Assembly: GCA_020891255.1 (NCBI GenBank)
Contig: BQFW01000008.1
Location: 3,100,001 to 3,164,000 of the forward strand
Length of the DNA: 64,000 nucleotides
Direction of reading: 5' to 3'
DNA from: Entomortierella parvispora E1425
Lineage: Eukaryota; Fungi; Mortierellomycota
The translations under genes were made by a program, and so were the position numbers. The notes under the pieces are model-generated. The model had not been told where the DNA came from. It ran no database searches and saw nothing but the letters and a program-made list of their open reading frames with translations. Positions 60,118 to 64,000 of the stretch are shown piece after piece; the stretch's first letter is position 1, and every line of letters begins with the position of its first letter.

Positions 60118-61607
60118 TGAGTATATATTCACGGAGAAGCAAGGCCGATTCAAGGAAGGGCGAGGGGGGGTTTACCAAGAAGGACAATGAAAAATAAGGA
60201 GGTTCGTTGTTAGTTAATAAAAAATGTGGAGTTGTATCTGTTTCTCTCTGTCTGTGTGTGCATATGTGTCTTGCGTGTGTTGTTCTGCAATTACAAGAAG
60301 GCGCGAGGAGAATGAAGAAGGGGGAAAGAGGGGCAAGTGCAGCAGCGGGGACAATGGACGAAAAGATAGATCGCGAGAAGGAAAAAAAGCGTAGAGCATG
60401 CGAAGGATGACCGCGAAGGAAACATAAAAAAAAGGGAAAAAGGGAAGGGAAGGGGCCAAATCGCGTTGACGAAAGGGCTAGACCCGTTGGAGGGATCGAA
60501 CCACTTTGTCGGGGACTGCAACGTGCAAGGTGCAGGTTTCTAATGTGCCCATGCTACCATGCATGGGCATGGCACTCGAGCATGGTGCAATGGTGAAATG
60601 GTGAAATGAATGAATCAGGGTACGGACAAGTGGGGGGTGAAGTGAGGGGGTCTGTATGGAGGAGAGGGGGGAAGCGGTATGTTTTGAGCACTGACCATGC
60701 CAGGGCTTGACTTCGAGGTCGCAGTCGTCAAAGGACATAATGGCAGACTGTGATTCCGAAAATAAAAAAACAATTGTGTTTTGTGAGCACACACACAGAG
60801 ACAAGCGAGACGGGAACTGTGCCGGGCCAGGGGTAAATGTATGAGATGCAGAGGGCGAACGGATGCAAGGAAGGAAGGGCAAGGCACGGAAGGAAGGCAA
60901 TGCGTGCAGGAGAAGCGGCAGGAGAGAGGGAGAGGTGGGGGAGGGAGGATGAAGAAAGAACTAGCGAAATGAAGAAGAGAAGGAAGGAAAGAGACAAAGA
61001 TACGCACCTAGTGTCTGCGCGAGTACGGTGTGTCCAGGGGCAGTTGGCGCAGGTGCGATTGATCCCCATCCCCCAGTCAAGCCTCGTTGTTGTTGTTGTC
61101 CACCAAGTCCACGCGCAAAGTGTCATTGTGCGAGCAACAAAAAAGGATGATGTGATGCTCATTTTTCGTGTGGCAAAATGACATCACGATATCCGATGCG
61201 ATGATCATCGCTGCAAGGGACTCCTCTCTCTCTCTCTCTCTCTTTCTCTTTCTCTTTTGTTTTCTTGTTGGCTCTCTCTTCCAGACAGCATGCGAGCCTG
61301 TCTGTCTGTCTGTCTGTCTGTCACTCTATCTGTCATCCTGTGAGCCACTGACTCTGTCTGTCTCTCAGCCTGTGAGCCATTGCGTCTGTCAGTCTGGTAC
61401 ATGTTCCATGCTGTGTCCATGGGCAGCAGGACGATCTGCTGGAGAAAGGAACAGCACCCCTAGATTTTTTCCCTTCTTTTTTTCTTCTTTTTCCTTCTTT
61501 CAATGCCCCTCCTTTTCCCCTGTCAAGTGCTATCCTCGCCTGAAAGTTGTCGCTCAATCCTTTTTGGTTGTTTGCAGTAATAATATTTATGTATGTATAG
61601 TCCTCCA

Positions 61608-64000
61608 TTATGCAATCGTCTGTTGGTTGCGCTCGGGGTCGTGAAGACGATGCACTCGGACATCAGGGCCTGGGGAAACGCTGCTGGCGTCCTGGGGGGT
61701 GATCAGGATATACTGGACTCCATCCGATTCGCGCGCAGTATCAATCAACATCTGCATACTGATTCTTCGGTTCACAGCATCCATGAACACATCAAACTCA
61801 TCCAAGCTAATTGACATCAACAATTTTGAAGGTAAAACAACGAGTCAGTAGAAGCCCGCTTAGTGCTTGACCAAAATAGATAGAGGCCATTCTCAAAGTA
61901 GAATATAGACATACCAGCGGATCGAGCTGGCCATGGAGTCCCAGAGAGCCAACAACAAACAGATGGTCGAGAACGACTTTTCTCCTCCCGACAAAGACTT
62001 TGGATCCTTGTCGCGAGCAACTCCTGCCTTGGCCGTGCGCTGATCTTCAGTCTCAACCTATGTCAGGATTGAAAAAAAGGAGAGAGGAGCGAGTCAGAGT
62101 CTGTGACGGCATGCATCCTTTCCAGTAGGATTGAAAGCATAGAATAATTAGACTTACGCGAATGGTCAGCTTCTTCTCAGAATGATGGAACTCGAGTTCG
62201 CCTGAATAACCGCGCTGAGAAAGCTGAAGGCCAAAATTGATCTTGGACCGCAGGGACATTTGCGCTCGGAATTCGCGCCAGCGCGAGAGACGGTTGTTCA
62301 GAGTCATTTTCAATTGCTATCGAAAAGAAAAGGAGAGAGCAGTAAAGCGTCAGATACCAATGAGTAAATGTATGCCAATTGGTTTTCTTCCTCAGTTTTT
62401 TCTTTGACTTACCTTGACAAACACCTCCATCTGGTGGATGGCCAGTTTTGAGGTTTTGTACAAATCCTGTTTCCGCTGCATATCGAGGGCAATCTCTTCG
62501 AGAGTGGCTCCACGCTGCTCTTCTTGTTCACGAAGACGCTCCTGCATCTGCTTGATATCGCGCTCTAGTTGAGCTACCGAAGCCGTCACCTCCACGCGGT
62601 CACAGTACTCGACAGCCTTTGCGGTGGATTCCTGTTAAACATATAAAAAAAAAAATGGTTCAGTGTTAGTCCACATGTCAATTTGGTTCGAGGGAGACAA
62701 CTCATTGCTGCTTCCATGTACTTGCCTCTAGGTATTTGGTCTTGCCAGACAGCTCGATCTGCAATTGCTCAATGTCCCTCTGCTCCTTGTTCAATTTGTT
62801 CTCCCAATAGAGAACCCTTGGCAGTTTGTCCTGTCGTTCCAAATTGAGTCTATCAAGGTCGGATCGAATTGTCACCGACTCTTCTTCCTTTCTCCGGATG
62901 GATTCGTTGATTTCCTTGAGTCCTTCCTTGAGAGGCTCCATCTCTGCCAGAATCGCCTGCTTTTGAACCGCCACGGGCTCATACTGCTTTTTCATGGTCT
63001 CGATCTGCTCCAGAGTCGTCTGCTTTGCATCCTCATAGGCCGAGATGCCGGTGGTATCTTCTTCCTGCTGAGTTGCCCGGAGATCTTCGATAGCTCTTGT
63101 CTTCAACTTCAAATCCTTCTCCAGATTTTGTTGCTGACGCTTGGACACCATACGCTCCCTATCAAAAGAGGCCAGCTCGCTCATCAAAGCCTCCGACTCC
63201 TTCATTCGTTGACGGAGTGAATCGCCGACTTGCTCTGCTCTTGCCTGCAAGACCTGCAACTGGCCCTCCACGTTCTTTGACAATCGAGGTGGTCCATTGT
63301 AGCGGCGCATCATAAGTGAAGAGGCTCCACCACTTCTATCACCAACGCGGATCAAGTCCACAGTAAAGCACTGGCTGACACCCTCTGGGAATCCTCCGTT
63401 GGGCCCTGAACTCGTGATTCGATCTGCCTCTTGACGCTGCTCCACCAAAATTGTAGACTCGATCGAGTTTTTGTCAATCAGCAGTCTTCGAACCCATTCG
63501 TCGTCAAAATCCAGTATTCTGTTGATTGTAAGGAATCGTGTTGAGGGCTCCTTGTGGCTGTAGTCGAAAATAACTCTCTTTGTGCGAATAACATCCGCTT
63601 TCCTAATATGATGCAGAAATATTAGTGAATGTTCAACAATTGTTACTATAGAGATGTTCACCCCCAGATCCCCAACACAAGCATGTACCAGTTATATTTT
63701 CTCATGATTCCCATGAGCGTTGTTCTGTCTGCATCCTCAGTTACAGCAAATGCATTGAGGACGCCTCCGAGAGCGGACTCGAGAACCTGTGCCCACTTTT
63801 CCTCTCGGAGCTTGACATGCCGTCCCAAGGGTCCCACCGGAGGGCTGCCTCGCCAACCACCTCTTCGGGTCACCTGTTCAATGTCTCGGAGGATATCGGG
63901 GACCGCAGGTCCAAAAGCTCTGAGCGCATTCTGCTTTTGAGCTTCTATTTGCTTGATCCGGTCGCGACTTTCCGACAACTCTCCCCTGAGCTTGTTTGTC
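61608..64000 (-). CDS. SMC6: Structural maintenance of chromosomes protein 6, 3' part (continues beyond the window)
   Basis: Hinge PPVGPLGRHVKL...W...LE..LG..LNAF, long coiled coil, signature SLSGGEKSFST.CLLLALW, Walker B LDEFDVFMDAVNR, and QYILITPQ. Confidence 0.93.

Noticed and set aside
60200-61600. ORFs between the PH-domain gene and SMC6
   Set aside because: Low-complexity purine/pyrimidine tracts and microsatellites with no domain signal.

Overview
Gene-dense eukaryotic DNA with short GT-AG introns, long poly-A/T runs and Ser/Gln/His-rich low-complexity proteins. The gene style suggests an early-diverging fungus, probably Mortierellaceae (inference). Host genes in order: a secreted 8-Cys defensin-like peptide, a BIG1/Ac45-Voa1-type protein, a decayed NACHT-WD40 gene, mitofusin FZO1, an SLC25A39/40-MTM1-type carrier, GTP-type PEPCK, a small multi-pass membrane protein, ERV41, WRAP73/WDR8, mitochondrial uL13, mitochondrial IF2, two orphan low-complexity proteins, a PH-domain protein, and the 3' part of SMC6. 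The main discovery is an ~7.7 kb composite mobile element (~30.65-38.38 kb) between the head-to-head uL13m and mtIF2 genes. It carries a Tc1/IS630-type transposase with a damaged catalytic region and a convergent accessory gene with a nonsense codon and a frameshift. It also carries a hand-spliced, fully open, 7-exon gene for a ~1,580-aa Fanzor/TnpB-like RNA-guided nuclease, with all three RuvC acidic residues, a zinc finger, and large extra domains. A diverged tandem duplication at ~47.2-51.0 kb copies the 3' end of a neighbouring gene. All splice models were derived by eye and no database searches were run.
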